NCBI RefSeq assembly: GCF_000284115.1
Contig: NC_017080.1
Coordinates: 270,001 to 302,000 of the forward strand
DNA length: 32,000 nucleotides
Direction: 5' to 3'
DNA from: Phycisphaera mikurensis NBRC 102666
GTDB taxonomy: Bacteria > Planctomycetota > Phycisphaerae > Phycisphaerales > Phycisphaeraceae
Below the pieces are notes generated by a model, which was given only the letters and a program-made list of their open reading frames with translations, was not told the DNA's origin and searched no databases. The number at the start of each line of letters is the position of its first letter. Within the stretch, counting starts at the first letter, position 1. Made by a program: the position numbers and the translations under genes. This document shows positions 1 through 6,913 of the stretch, one piece after another.

Positions 1-492
1 CACCAGCAGCGACGCGAGCGATTGCGAGGCGGCGGCCACGTCGAAGCCCGCGGCCTCCATCCGGCTCACCAGCCAGGCGAGCGTGTCCGGCGGCGGGACG
101 TCGCTCAACCGCAGCACGCGGGGGACGGTGGGCAGGAAGGCGGCGGCCGCGGCGAGGGAAGCCGCGTCCCAGGCGATCACGCTGCGGGCGCCCGCCGCGG
201 CCTCCCGCAGCGCCCGCCGGAGGGCGGCGCGGCAGGCGAGCGGGATCCGCCCGCCGACGCCGGGGCCGCCCGGCGGCCGGCAGGCGTGCCGCGTGGCCAG
301 CCCCGCCGCCCGGGCGGCCGCCGCGGCCGCGGAACCCAGCGTCATCGCGTGGTGCTGCGCCGGCTCCGGGTCGCCGGCCAGAGCGGCGGGCAGCGGCACC
401 GCGGCGGGCTCGGACGCGGCCGCCGCGACGCAGTCCGCGGCCTCGGCGGCGTGGACCGCCTGGCTCCCGGGCCCGAGGAGGTGGAGGATCAC
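1..492 (-). CDS. hypothetical protein, 3' end cut by the window edge (N-terminal 164 codons visible)
   Basis: Not in the ORF track because it runs off the left edge. Manual reverse translation from GTG at 492..490 gives VILHLLGPGSQAVHAAEAADCV...SVIAWDAASLAAAAAFLPTVPRVLRLSDVPPPDTLAWLVSRMEAAGFDVAAASQSLASLLV. The frame is open to position 1 with G/C at nearly all third positions. The GTG overlaps the upstream TGA (GTGA, 489-492). Confidence 0.45.
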   Translation of the reverse strand, partial: MILHLLGPGSQAVHAAEAADCVAAAASEPAAVPLPAALAGDPEPAQHHAMTLGSAAAAAARAAGLATRHACRPPGGPGVGGRIPLACRAALRRALREAAAGARSVIAWDAASLAAAAAFLPTVPRVLRLSDVPPPDTLAWLVSRMEAAGFDVAAASQSLASLLV

Positions 493-1274
493 AGCCGATC
501 CCCGGGACGCGGGGTGCCGGTCGTGCGGCGGCGCTCCTCGTAGACGGTGTCGCCGGGGGCCTGCCCCGTCCAGTCGTAGAACAACCGGGCGACGGCGAGG
601 CCGGCGGCGTCGGCGAGGTCGCGGCGGACGTTGGCGGGGTCGGCCGCGTCTTCGCCGATGCGGCGGGCCCGGAGGTCGACCGAGAAGGGCCGGCCGGCGG
701 GGCCGCCCAGGAAGCCGCCGGCGTCGGCGTCCTCCCGGCGTGGGAACAGCTGCACGCCCCGTGCATCGACCACCCGCACCGTGCCCGACGCGGCGGGCAC
801 CACGAGTGCCCCGGTCATGCCGGCGTCCGCGGCGTTGGGCAGCCGCAGGGCCTGGACCTCGACGAACACCAGCGTGTCGACGCCGAGCCGCGCGGGCAAG
901 GCGTCCAGCGGGAGCGCCGCGAAGGCGGCCGCGTCGCGCTCCCGCTCGCGGGCAACGCGGCGGCCATCGACGACCGCCTGCCCCTTCTTCGGGCTCCCGT
1001 CGGCCCGCCGCTGGAGCGGGCGGAGGTTCGTCGCGAGGTGCTGGCCCGCGGTGGCGGCGACCTGGTCGGTGAAGGAACGAACGCGGGGGTCGCCCGCGGG
1101 CAGACCGGGGGCCGCCTCCGCCAGCACGGCCACGGAGCCGGGGGGCAGCCGGGCCACCGCCTCGACCTTGTGGCTCCGCAGCAGAAGAAAGGGCACGGCG
1201 ACCGCCTCGCAGCCGGGCAGCGAGAGCGATCCGAGCGCGAGCGCGGCGGCGAGAACGGCGGGGACCGGCTTCAA
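489..1274 (-). CDS. lipoprotein of unknown function (paralog B)
   Basis: This is the 3' part of ORF 489..1739(-). A TTG at 1274..1272 gives MKPVPAVLAAALALGSLSLPGC, a signal peptide with a lipobox Cys. The ORF upstream of that point is Arg/Pro/Gly junk. The TTG overlaps the stop of the upstream gene (TTGA, 1271-1274). It shares the LGVDxxVxVEV and C-terminal FYD motifs with the neighbouring lipoprotein. Confidence 0.65.
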   Translation of the reverse strand: MKPVPAVLAAALALGSLSLPGCEAVAVPFLLLRSHKVEAVARLPPGSVAVLAEAAPGLPAGDPRVRSFTDQVAATAGQHLATNLRPLQRRADGSPKKGQAVVDGRRVARERERDAAAFAALPLDALPARLGVDTLVFVEVQALRLPNAADAGMTGALVVPAASGTVRVVDARGVQLFPRREDADAGGFLGGPAGRPFSVDLRARRIGEDAADPANVRRDLADAAGLAVARLFYDWTGQAPGDTVYEERRRTTGTPRPGDRL

Positions 1275-2068
1275 GCGGCACCCTCCGCCGAGCGGCTCGG
1301 CGGGCCGGCGTCGGCGCGTTCTCTCTCGCGGCGGCGGTCCCGCTTCTGGGCTTCCTTCTGGTCGTAGAAGATGGGGCCCACGCGGCGGAGCCAGGCGGCG
1401 AGCAGGTTCTTCTTGACCGCCGCCTCGTCGGGCCCGCTCTGCGTGGCGGCGCCCCCGGGGCCGGGGTCGCCGGAATCGCCGAGCGTCGCCAAGCCCACCG
1501 GCGAGTCCTCCGGGAAGCGGACGGTCACCCGCTCGAGGAACACCGGTCGGTCCGGGTCGCCGAGGCCGGCCGCGCCCGCGGTCCCCTCGGCCTCGTACAC
1601 CTGGACCGCCGCGTTCAGCACGCCCTCGAGCACCCAGGCGTTGCCCTCCTGCCGCGTGCGGAACTCCGACACCTCCACCCGCACCACGCGGTCGACGCCG
1701 AGCCCCTCGGCGACGCGGCCCGGCGGGGCGGTCTCCCAATAGGCGTGCTCGCGCTGCCAGCCGGTGACCTCCTCCGGTGGCACCACGGCGGCGCCCTCCA
1801 CGTGCCGGGCGAAGCGCAGGGCGAGCAACGCCTCGAGCGCCGGCCCGAGCCCGGGGTGGCGACGCTTGGTCTCGGGGTCCACCGCGGCGACCACCGCGAG
1901 GCTGCGGCCGTCGAGGTCGTGCGAACGCTGGACGACCCGCACGTCGCCGGCCCCGCCGCCGCCGAAGATGCCGGCAACCGCCTCGACGCCGACGCAGCCG
2001 CCCAGCGGCATCGGCAAGACGGCGAGGAGGCAGCCCGCGGCGACGCTTCGGCGGGTGCGCTCAGCCAC
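1271..2068 (-). CDS. lipoprotein of unknown function (paralog A)
   Basis: ORF 1271..2068(-), 265 aa, with a GTG start. The N-terminus MAERTRRSVAAGCLLAVLPMPLGGC is a signal peptide with lipobox LGGC. Protein-like composition. Motifs LGVDRVVRVEV and PIFYDQ are shared with the downstream paralog. Confidence 0.7.
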   Translation of the reverse strand: MAERTRRSVAAGCLLAVLPMPLGGCVGVEAVAGIFGGGGAGDVRVVQRSHDLDGRSLAVVAAVDPETKRRHPGLGPALEALLALRFARHVEGAAVVPPEEVTGWQREHAYWETAPPGRVAEGLGVDRVVRVEVSEFRTRQEGNAWVLEGVLNAAVQVYEAEGTAGAAGLGDPDRPVFLERVTVRFPEDSPVGLATLGDSGDPGPGGAATQSGPDEAAVKKNLLAAWLRRVGPIFYDQKEAQKRDRRRERERADAGPPSRSAEGAA

Positions 2069-2597
2069 CGGGCACCGCCTCCGGCGCGGGGGAAGCCGGC
2101 AGCGCGGCGGACCACGGAGCCGACGATCCGTCGGCCGCCGCCATGCGCGCCGCCTTGTAGACCCAGGAGCCGCCGACGATCACCAGCGCGGCGAGCAGGC
2201 CGCGTCCCGAGAACACCACCCGGCTTAGGCCCGCGAGCACCGGGCCCGCCGGGCGGCCGCTGCACGCAAGCCAGCCGCCGAGCCAGACCAAGCCGCCGAG
2301 CGCGAGCGCGAAGAGCAGGCCCGCCGGCTGCGTCGCGGCCGCGGCGAGCAGCCGGCCGTGCGCCGCGAGCGACGTCGCCGTGGTCATCCCGCACGTGGCG
2401 CAGGGCAGGCCGGTCGCCTGCAGGAATCCGCACGGGCTCAGGCCCAACCCCGTGTGCGTGCCCACGCCCGCCGCTTCGGGCTGCAGCCAGGCCGCCACGC
2501 CCAGCACCGCCAGCGCGGAGCCCGCCAAGCCCAGCCCCGCGAGGCGGCTCCACCGACCACCGGCGGGTCGGGCGCTCTGGGGGGTCGCGTCGGCCAT
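2061..2597 (-). CDS. DUF2752 family membrane protein
   Basis: This is the 3' part of ORF 2061..3386(-), starting at ATG 2597..2595 (MADATPQSARPAGGRWSRLAGLGLAG...). It contains SPCGFLQATGLPCATCGMTTA, which matches the DUF2752 signature (C-x-f-x-x-x-T-G-x-x-C-P-x-C-G-x-T-R), followed by hydrophobic helices. It overlaps the next gene by 8 nt. Confidence 0.7.
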   Translation of the reverse strand: MADATPQSARPAGGRWSRLAGLGLAGSALAVLGVAAWLQPEAAGVGTHTGLGLSPCGFLQATGLPCATCGMTTATSLAAHGRLLAAAATQPAGLLFALALGGLVWLGGWLACSGRPAGPVLAGLSRVVFSGRGLLAALVIVGGSWVYKAARMAAADGSSAPWSAALPASPAPEAVPGG

Positions 2598-2642
2598 GCC
2601 CGCGGAGCGTATCCCCCCACCCGCGTCGTACCCTCGCGGACC

Positions 2643-3551
2643 GTGACCGCCTCCCCGGACCCAGCGCCCGCCGAACCCGCCCGCCGCATCCGCAAACGCC
2701 GCACGCCCGCCGCCGTCGCCCGCCGCACGATCGCCGTGCTGCCCACGCTGTTCACGCTGGGCAACCTGCTCTCGGGCTTCTTCGCGGTCTTCCTGGCGTC
2801 GCGCCCGGCGGACCTGGTGCTGCCGTTTGGATGGACGCCGCTCACGTGGGCGGCGATGCTGATCTTCTTCGGCATGCTGCTGGACGGGCTCGACGGCCGC
2901 ATCGCCCGGCTCACCCGCAGCTCCAGCGACCTGGGCGCCCAGCTGGACTCCATGGCCGACATGGTCAGCTTCGGCGTGGCGCCGGCCTTCCTCGTCGTGC
3001 AGGTGCTGGAGGTGCAGACACCCTTCCTGGGCGCGACCGAGGCCTTCGACACGAGCTTCGACCGGCTCGGGCTGGCGGTCGCCGCGGCCTTCGTGGCGTG
3101 CGCCGGCCTGCGGCTGGCCCGCTTCAACGTCGAGGCCAACGCCCCCGACGACGCGGAGACGGAAGAGCCCGACAAGAACTGGTTCAGCGGGCTGCCCTCC
3201 CCGGGCGCGGCCGGCGCCGTCGCCGGGCTGGTCCTGCTCCACCAGCACCTGCTCGCGTCGCCGAAGCTCAGCGGCTCGGCGGTCGCGCCGGCCGCGGGCC
3301 TGGGCCTGGACGCCGCGGCGCTGGGCTTGCTCGCCGCGACGCTGCTCTGCGCGCTCGGGATGGTCAGCCGGCTGCCCTACGTGCACGTGCTGAACCGCTA
3401 CGTCCGCGGGCGGGCCCCCTTCAGCACGGTCGCGCTCGCGGTGGTCGCGTTCCTGCTGCTCACGGTCTTCCCGCAGTACGCCATCGCCGCGGGCTTCGTG
3501 GGGTATGCGGTCAGCGGGCCGCTGGTGCGCCTCCGCTCGCTGCGGAGCTGA
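2643..3551 (+). CDS. pssA: CDP-diacylglycerol--serine O-phosphatidyltransferase (CDP-alcohol phosphatidyltransferase family)
   Basis: This is the 3' part of ORF 2358..3551(+), with an in-frame GTG at 2643. It carries the CDP-alcohol phosphatidyltransferase motif DGLDGRIARLTRSSSDLGAQLDSMADMVSFGVAPA (D-G-x2-A-R-x8-G-x3-D-x3-D) and is multi-TM. It is divergent from the DUF2752 gene with a 45-bp spacer. The start is approximate. Confidence 0.8.
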   Translation: MTASPDPAPAEPARRIRKRRTPAAVARRTIAVLPTLFTLGNLLSGFFAVFLASRPADLVLPFGWTPLTWAAMLIFFGMLLDGLDGRIARLTRSSSDLGAQLDSMADMVSFGVAPAFLVVQVLEVQTPFLGATEAFDTSFDRLGLAVAAAFVACAGLRLARFNVEANAPDDAETEEPDKNWFSGLPSPGAAGAVAGLVLLHQHLLASPKLSGSAVAPAAGLGLDAAALGLLAATLLCALGMVSRLPYVHVLNRYVRGRAPFSTVALAVVAFLLLTVFPQYAIAAGFVGYAVSGPLVRLRSLRS

Positions 3552-3644
3552 ACGATCCGCGCCGCGGGGCCGTGCCCCCGACCCAAAGCGGCCGGAGCGT
3601 GGCGGTCGTCGAGCGCGATCCGCGGCCGGGGCGGGCCGCGGGGC

Positions 3645-4517
3645 TCAGCGGGGCGTCCCCGCGAGCGAGCCGAGGAAGCGGAGCGTCTCCTCGAAAAGGC
3701 GTCGCGTCGCGTCGGAGGCCGCGACGCTGCGCGGCATCGGATTGGGCGCACCGAAGACGTGGTCCGCCCCCTCGACAAGCACGGGCGCCGCGCCGGCCGC
3801 CCCGGCGAGTCGCGTCGCGTCGCCGGGATTGACCGTCGCGTCCTCGGTCCCGTGGATCACAAGCAGCGGGACGCCCGCCGCGCCGAGGGTGGTCGCCGCC
3901 CGCACCGGGTCGTGCCCCTCCGGGTCGGCGTCCTGCTCGAGCAGCCACGAGGGCAGCACGCGGAGCGTCTGGCCGGTGCGGCCCGAGGGCGATTCGATCG
4001 CGTGGCCCGCCCGCAGTGTCGCCGCGTCCGCATCGCTCAGCCGCGAGGCGTCGGCCGGGGCGGCGGCGGCGACGACGGCCGCGGGCCGCGCGTCCCCGGC
4101 CAGCCGGGCCGCCGCGAGCAGCGCCGACAGCCCGCCGCGGCTGTGGCCGAAGAACGCCACCGGCCGGTCCGCCGGCACGCCCGGGATCCGGCCGCTCCGC
4201 ACCGCCTGGAGCAGCGCGTGCCAGTCGGCGACCTGCTTGTTCCACGTGTCGAGCGCGAAGAGGTCTTCCCGGGTGAACGGCCCCTCGGGGCGGGTCATCC
4301 CCGCGTGCGAGAAGTTGAAGGCAACGGTCGCGAATCCGGCACCGGCCAACACCTCCCCGAGACGCGGGAGGAAGCCGTACTCCTTGTACCCCTTGAAGCC
4401 GTGGCCCAGGAGCACCGTTGCGCGGGCAGTCCCCTTCTCCGGGGTGCGGGCATCGGCGAGGATCGGCAAGCCGCAGGCGCCGGGGACGCGGTGGCTGGTC
4501 AGGGGCGCGCTGGGCAT
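3645..4517 (-). CDS. alpha/beta hydrolase
   Basis: This is the 3' part of ORF 3645..5594(-), starting at ATG 4517..4515 (MPSAPLTSHRV...). It has the nucleophile elbow GHSRGG, an HG oxyanion region (LLGHGFKG), and IHGTEDATV / GADHVF near the C-terminus. Confidence 0.8.
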   Translation of the reverse strand: MPSAPLTSHRVPGACGLPILADARTPEKGTARATVLLGHGFKGYKEYGFLPRLGEVLAGAGFATVAFNFSHAGMTRPEGPFTREDLFALDTWNKQVADWHALLQAVRSGRIPGVPADRPVAFFGHSRGGLSALLAAARLAGDARPAAVVAAAAPADASRLSDADAATLRAGHAIESPSGRTGQTLRVLPSWLLEQDADPEGHDPVRAATTLGAAGVPLLVIHGTEDATVNPGDATRLAGAAGAAPVLVEGADHVFGAPNPMPRSVAASDATRRLFEETLRFLGSLAGTPR

Positions 4518-4877
4518 CCCGAAATCGTACGGGTGGGCGGGCACGCCAGCGGCCGCGGGCGGCGGTCGGGTGTTGGCACGCCGGGGCGGCGTGATCGACC
4601 GCATCGCCGGGCGGAAGGGCGGAAGGGCGGGCGAGCGCCGTGAACTGCGACGGATCCCGCGGACCGAGCGGCTTTGGGCCCGGCGAGGCCGACGGTCCGC
4701 GGGAGGAGGGACCGTGCGGGGGCCGTGCGGTGTCCCGGCCGCCGCGATTTTTTTTCCCCGGCCCGTCGCCCGCGCAGACCGACATGGATCGGTCCCGGCG
4801 TTCCCGCGGGCGTTCCGCTCCCCCGGCTTCTCCCTCCCGCCCGTCCGGCACCTCGCGTCCGTCATTACCTTCGGAGC

Positions 4878-5696
4878 ATGGACCCGACCGGGGAATCCGC
4901 TTCGACCGCTGCCGAGCCGATGTCGCCCCACCCGGTGCTGCCGGCGTACTTCGACGATCTCCCGGCGCGTGGGCCGATGGTCGACCGTCTGTTCGATGAC
5001 ACGGCGGCGCATTACGACCGCATCACCGGGCTGCTGTCGTTCGGCTCGGGCGGTCGGTACCGGCGGGAGGTGCTCGAGCAGGCGGGCGTGCAACCCGGCC
5101 AGCGCGTGCTCGACCTCGCCTGCGGCACCGGGCAGGTCAGCGAGGCCGCGGCCCGGCTCGTCGGTGCCGGCGGTGCCGTCCTGGGCGTCGATCCCAGCGC
5201 CGGGATGCTCGCCGTCGCCGTCGCAAAGATGCGGCGGCTGCGGGAAGCGGAACCGCGGACCGGGCCCTTCCGCGCCATCGCCGGCGGGGCCGAGGCGCTC
5301 CCGCTGAGCGACCAATCGGTCGACGTCGTGACGATGGGGTACGCGCTCCGCCACGTGCCCGACCTGGTCGGGGCCTTCCGGGAGATGCGACGCGTCCTCC
5401 GCCCGGGCGGCCGGGTCGTGGTGATGGAGATCTCGGCGCCCGCCAACCCGCTGCTGCGGTGGCCCCTGAAGGCGTACCTCCGCGGCGTCGTGCCGCCGCT
5501 GTCCCGGTGGATCACCGGGGATCCGCGGTCCCGCACGCTGATGGCGTACTACTGGGACACGATGGAGCACTGCGTCCCGCCCTCCGCCATCCAAGCGGCG
5601 ATGGCTGCTGCGGGGTTGGTCGCCGTCGAGCGGCGCCGGCTCTGGGGGACCTTCAGCAACTACCTCGCCCGCAGCCCGAAGCAGCGCAACGATTGA
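4878..5696 (+). CDS. ubiE: class I SAM-dependent methyltransferase, UbiE/MenG (demethylmenaquinone methyltransferase) family
   Basis: This is the 3' part of ORF 4674..5696(+), with ATG at 4878. It contains HYDRITGLLSFGSGGRYRREV, the SAM motif I VLDLACGTGQ, then REMRRVLRPGGRVVVMEISAP and YYWDTMEHCVPP. That order matches the UbiE/MenG layout. Confidence 0.75.
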   Translation: MDPTGESASTAAEPMSPHPVLPAYFDDLPARGPMVDRLFDDTAAHYDRITGLLSFGSGGRYRREVLEQAGVQPGQRVLDLACGTGQVSEAAARLVGAGGAVLGVDPSAGMLAVAVAKMRRLREAEPRTGPFRAIAGGAEALPLSDQSVDVVTMGYALRHVPDLVGAFREMRRVLRPGGRVVVMEISAPANPLLRWPLKAYLRGVVPPLSRWITGDPRSRTLMAYYWDTMEHCVPPSAIQAAMAAAGLVAVERRRLWGTFSNYLARSPKQRND

Positions 5697-5724
5697 GCAG
5701 GCGCGGGCGCCGGCCGACCGGAGC

Positions 5725-6789
5725 TCACCCGCTCCGCGGCTCGCCGGATCCCGCCGGCGGCGCTGCTCCGGCCATCGCGATCAGCCCGGCAACCCGCTCC
5801 GCGACCTCCTCGGCGTCGAGACCGATTCGGTCGAAGATGCCGCGGGTGCTCGCGTGCAGGCGGTGCTTGCCGCCGCGGATCTTCCGCGCGACCGCGTCGA
5901 GCAGACGCAGGTACACCCGCAGCGACAGGCCTTTCGCCACCGTGCCCGCCGACGTTGACGCCGCTCCAAGCCTTCCTCCGCGCCGGTCGTTCCGCTTCCG
6001 CGGCTCTCGCGACTCGTCGAGCGGCCGCAGCCACACCCCCGCGGATTGCCGCCGCGGCGCCCGCGGTGCTCGCGGCCTTCGGGAAGACCGGGTGGGCGGG
6101 GTCCGTCCGCTCGCAACCGCCCCGTCTCCCGCCGGCACATCCCGGGCCAGCCGCCCGGCGAGCGAGGTGAATCGGCCTCCCTCGGGGGTGTCACATTCGC
6201 CCGCCGCGAAAGGATTGAGATCGACGTAGATCATGGTCGCGACCAGCTGCGCCGGGTCCTCCACCAGGACGCTGTGGAACCGGCCGGCCCACACCGGGCC
6301 GGAGGTCTTCTCGAGCTTGTTGATCTGCTCCGCCGCGTGCTGCTTGAAGCACTTCACGAAGTGCGAGAGGCACACCAGCTTGGCCCGGATGTCGCTGAGG
6401 AACTCCTCGTCCGCAAGCTTCTCCGCCACCTCCTCCTCCTTCGCCTCCCGGGGCTGGTTGTAGCCGTTCCGCAGGGGGTGCAACGCCCACCAACGCCGCA
6501 GCACCTCCTCATCCGACCAGGAGGCCGCCAGCTCGTGATCGACCCGCAGGAGCTTGTGGACGTGGTTGTCCATCAGCGCGAAGGCAACGACTTGCACCGC
6601 CATGACCCTGGTCAGCGTCTCCAGCTTCGCCAGCAGCATCTCTTTCCGCAATCCATCTGGCTCGGCGAAGACCGCCCCGCCCTCCCCGCCGCCCTTGCGC
6701 AGCATCGCCAGCTGCCGCGTGCAGCGGCTGGTCACGTGATACACCGCGGTGCACCCCCGGAGAACGCACTGGCTTCGGGTCCGTCGCAT
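5725..6789 (-). CDS. REP-associated tyrosine transposase-like protein (RayT / IS200-like Y1 HUH transposase, long form)
   Basis: ORF 5725..6816(-); the ATG at 6789 is preferred (MRRTRSQCVLRGCTAVYHVTSRC). It has the HUH motif MDNHVHKLL and a catalytic-Tyr region MIYVDLNPFAAG. The roughly 170-aa C-terminal extension includes an Arg/Pro-rich linker. A perfect 23-nt palindrome lies 31 nt upstream of the ATG. Confidence 0.8.
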   Translation of the reverse strand: MRRTRSQCVLRGCTAVYHVTSRCTRQLAMLRKGGGEGGAVFAEPDGLRKEMLLAKLETLTRVMAVQVVAFALMDNHVHKLLRVDHELAASWSDEEVLRRWWALHPLRNGYNQPREAKEEEVAEKLADEEFLSDIRAKLVCLSHFVKCFKQHAAEQINKLEKTSGPVWAGRFHSVLVEDPAQLVATMIYVDLNPFAAGECDTPEGGRFTSLAGRLARDVPAGDGAVASGRTPPTRSSRRPRAPRAPRRQSAGVWLRPLDESREPRKRNDRRGGRLGAASTSAGTVAKGLSLRVYLRLLDAVARKIRGGKHRLHASTRGIFDRIGLDAEEVAERVAGLIAMAGAAPPAGSGEPRSG

Positions 6790-6819
6790 ACCCCCACCCT
6801 CCCCAACCACATCCACCTT

Positions 6820-6842
6820 GTCAAGGGGACAGTCCCCTTGAC
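6820..6842. repeat. REP-like perfect palindrome GTCAAGGGGACAGTCCCCTTGAC
   Basis: The 11-nt arms 6820-6830 and 6832-6842 are exact reverse complements around A6831. It lies between the ComEC stop (6914) and the RayT start (6789). It shares the core with three hairpins at 12.54-12.67 kb. Confidence 0.85.
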
Positions 6843-6913
6843 TACGAAGGCTCGGATGCTCCGGAGTGCGTGGTCTGGTCTTGCGTCTGCTTCACCTCGT
6901 TCATCCAAAATGG

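Noticed and set aside
1745-3832. 695-aa ORF on the + strand, and similar very long ORFs: 83..1072(+), 9379..12297(+), 12679..14916(+), 14868..17117(+), 16376..18631(+), 19848..22034(-), 21653..25234(-), 27101..29299(-), 1615..2553(-)
   Set aside because: Their translations are dominated by Arg/Pro/Gly/Ala runs. They lie antisense or out of frame to genes with clear family motifs. These are the shadow ORFs expected in DNA this GC-rich, where stop codons are rare.
4708-4755. Possible Rho-independent terminator (GC-rich segment followed by T8)
   Set aside because: The GC-rich segment contains direct rather than inverted repeats (CCGTGCGG x2), with at best a 5-bp GGGAC/GTCCC stem. No co-oriented upstream gene ends here. 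It is kept only as a compositional oddity of the divergent promoter region.
4518-5594. N-terminal extensions of composite ORFs: 3645..5594(-), 489..1739(-), 2061..3386(-), 12826..16155(-), 15684..18305(-), 16808..19180(-), 9937..12630(-), 20318..23077(+), 24794..28519(+)
   Set aside because: The upstream parts are low-complexity Arg/Pro-rich and overlap other well-supported genes. Internal starts giving signal peptides, family-typical N-termini or 4-nt start/stop coupling were preferred.
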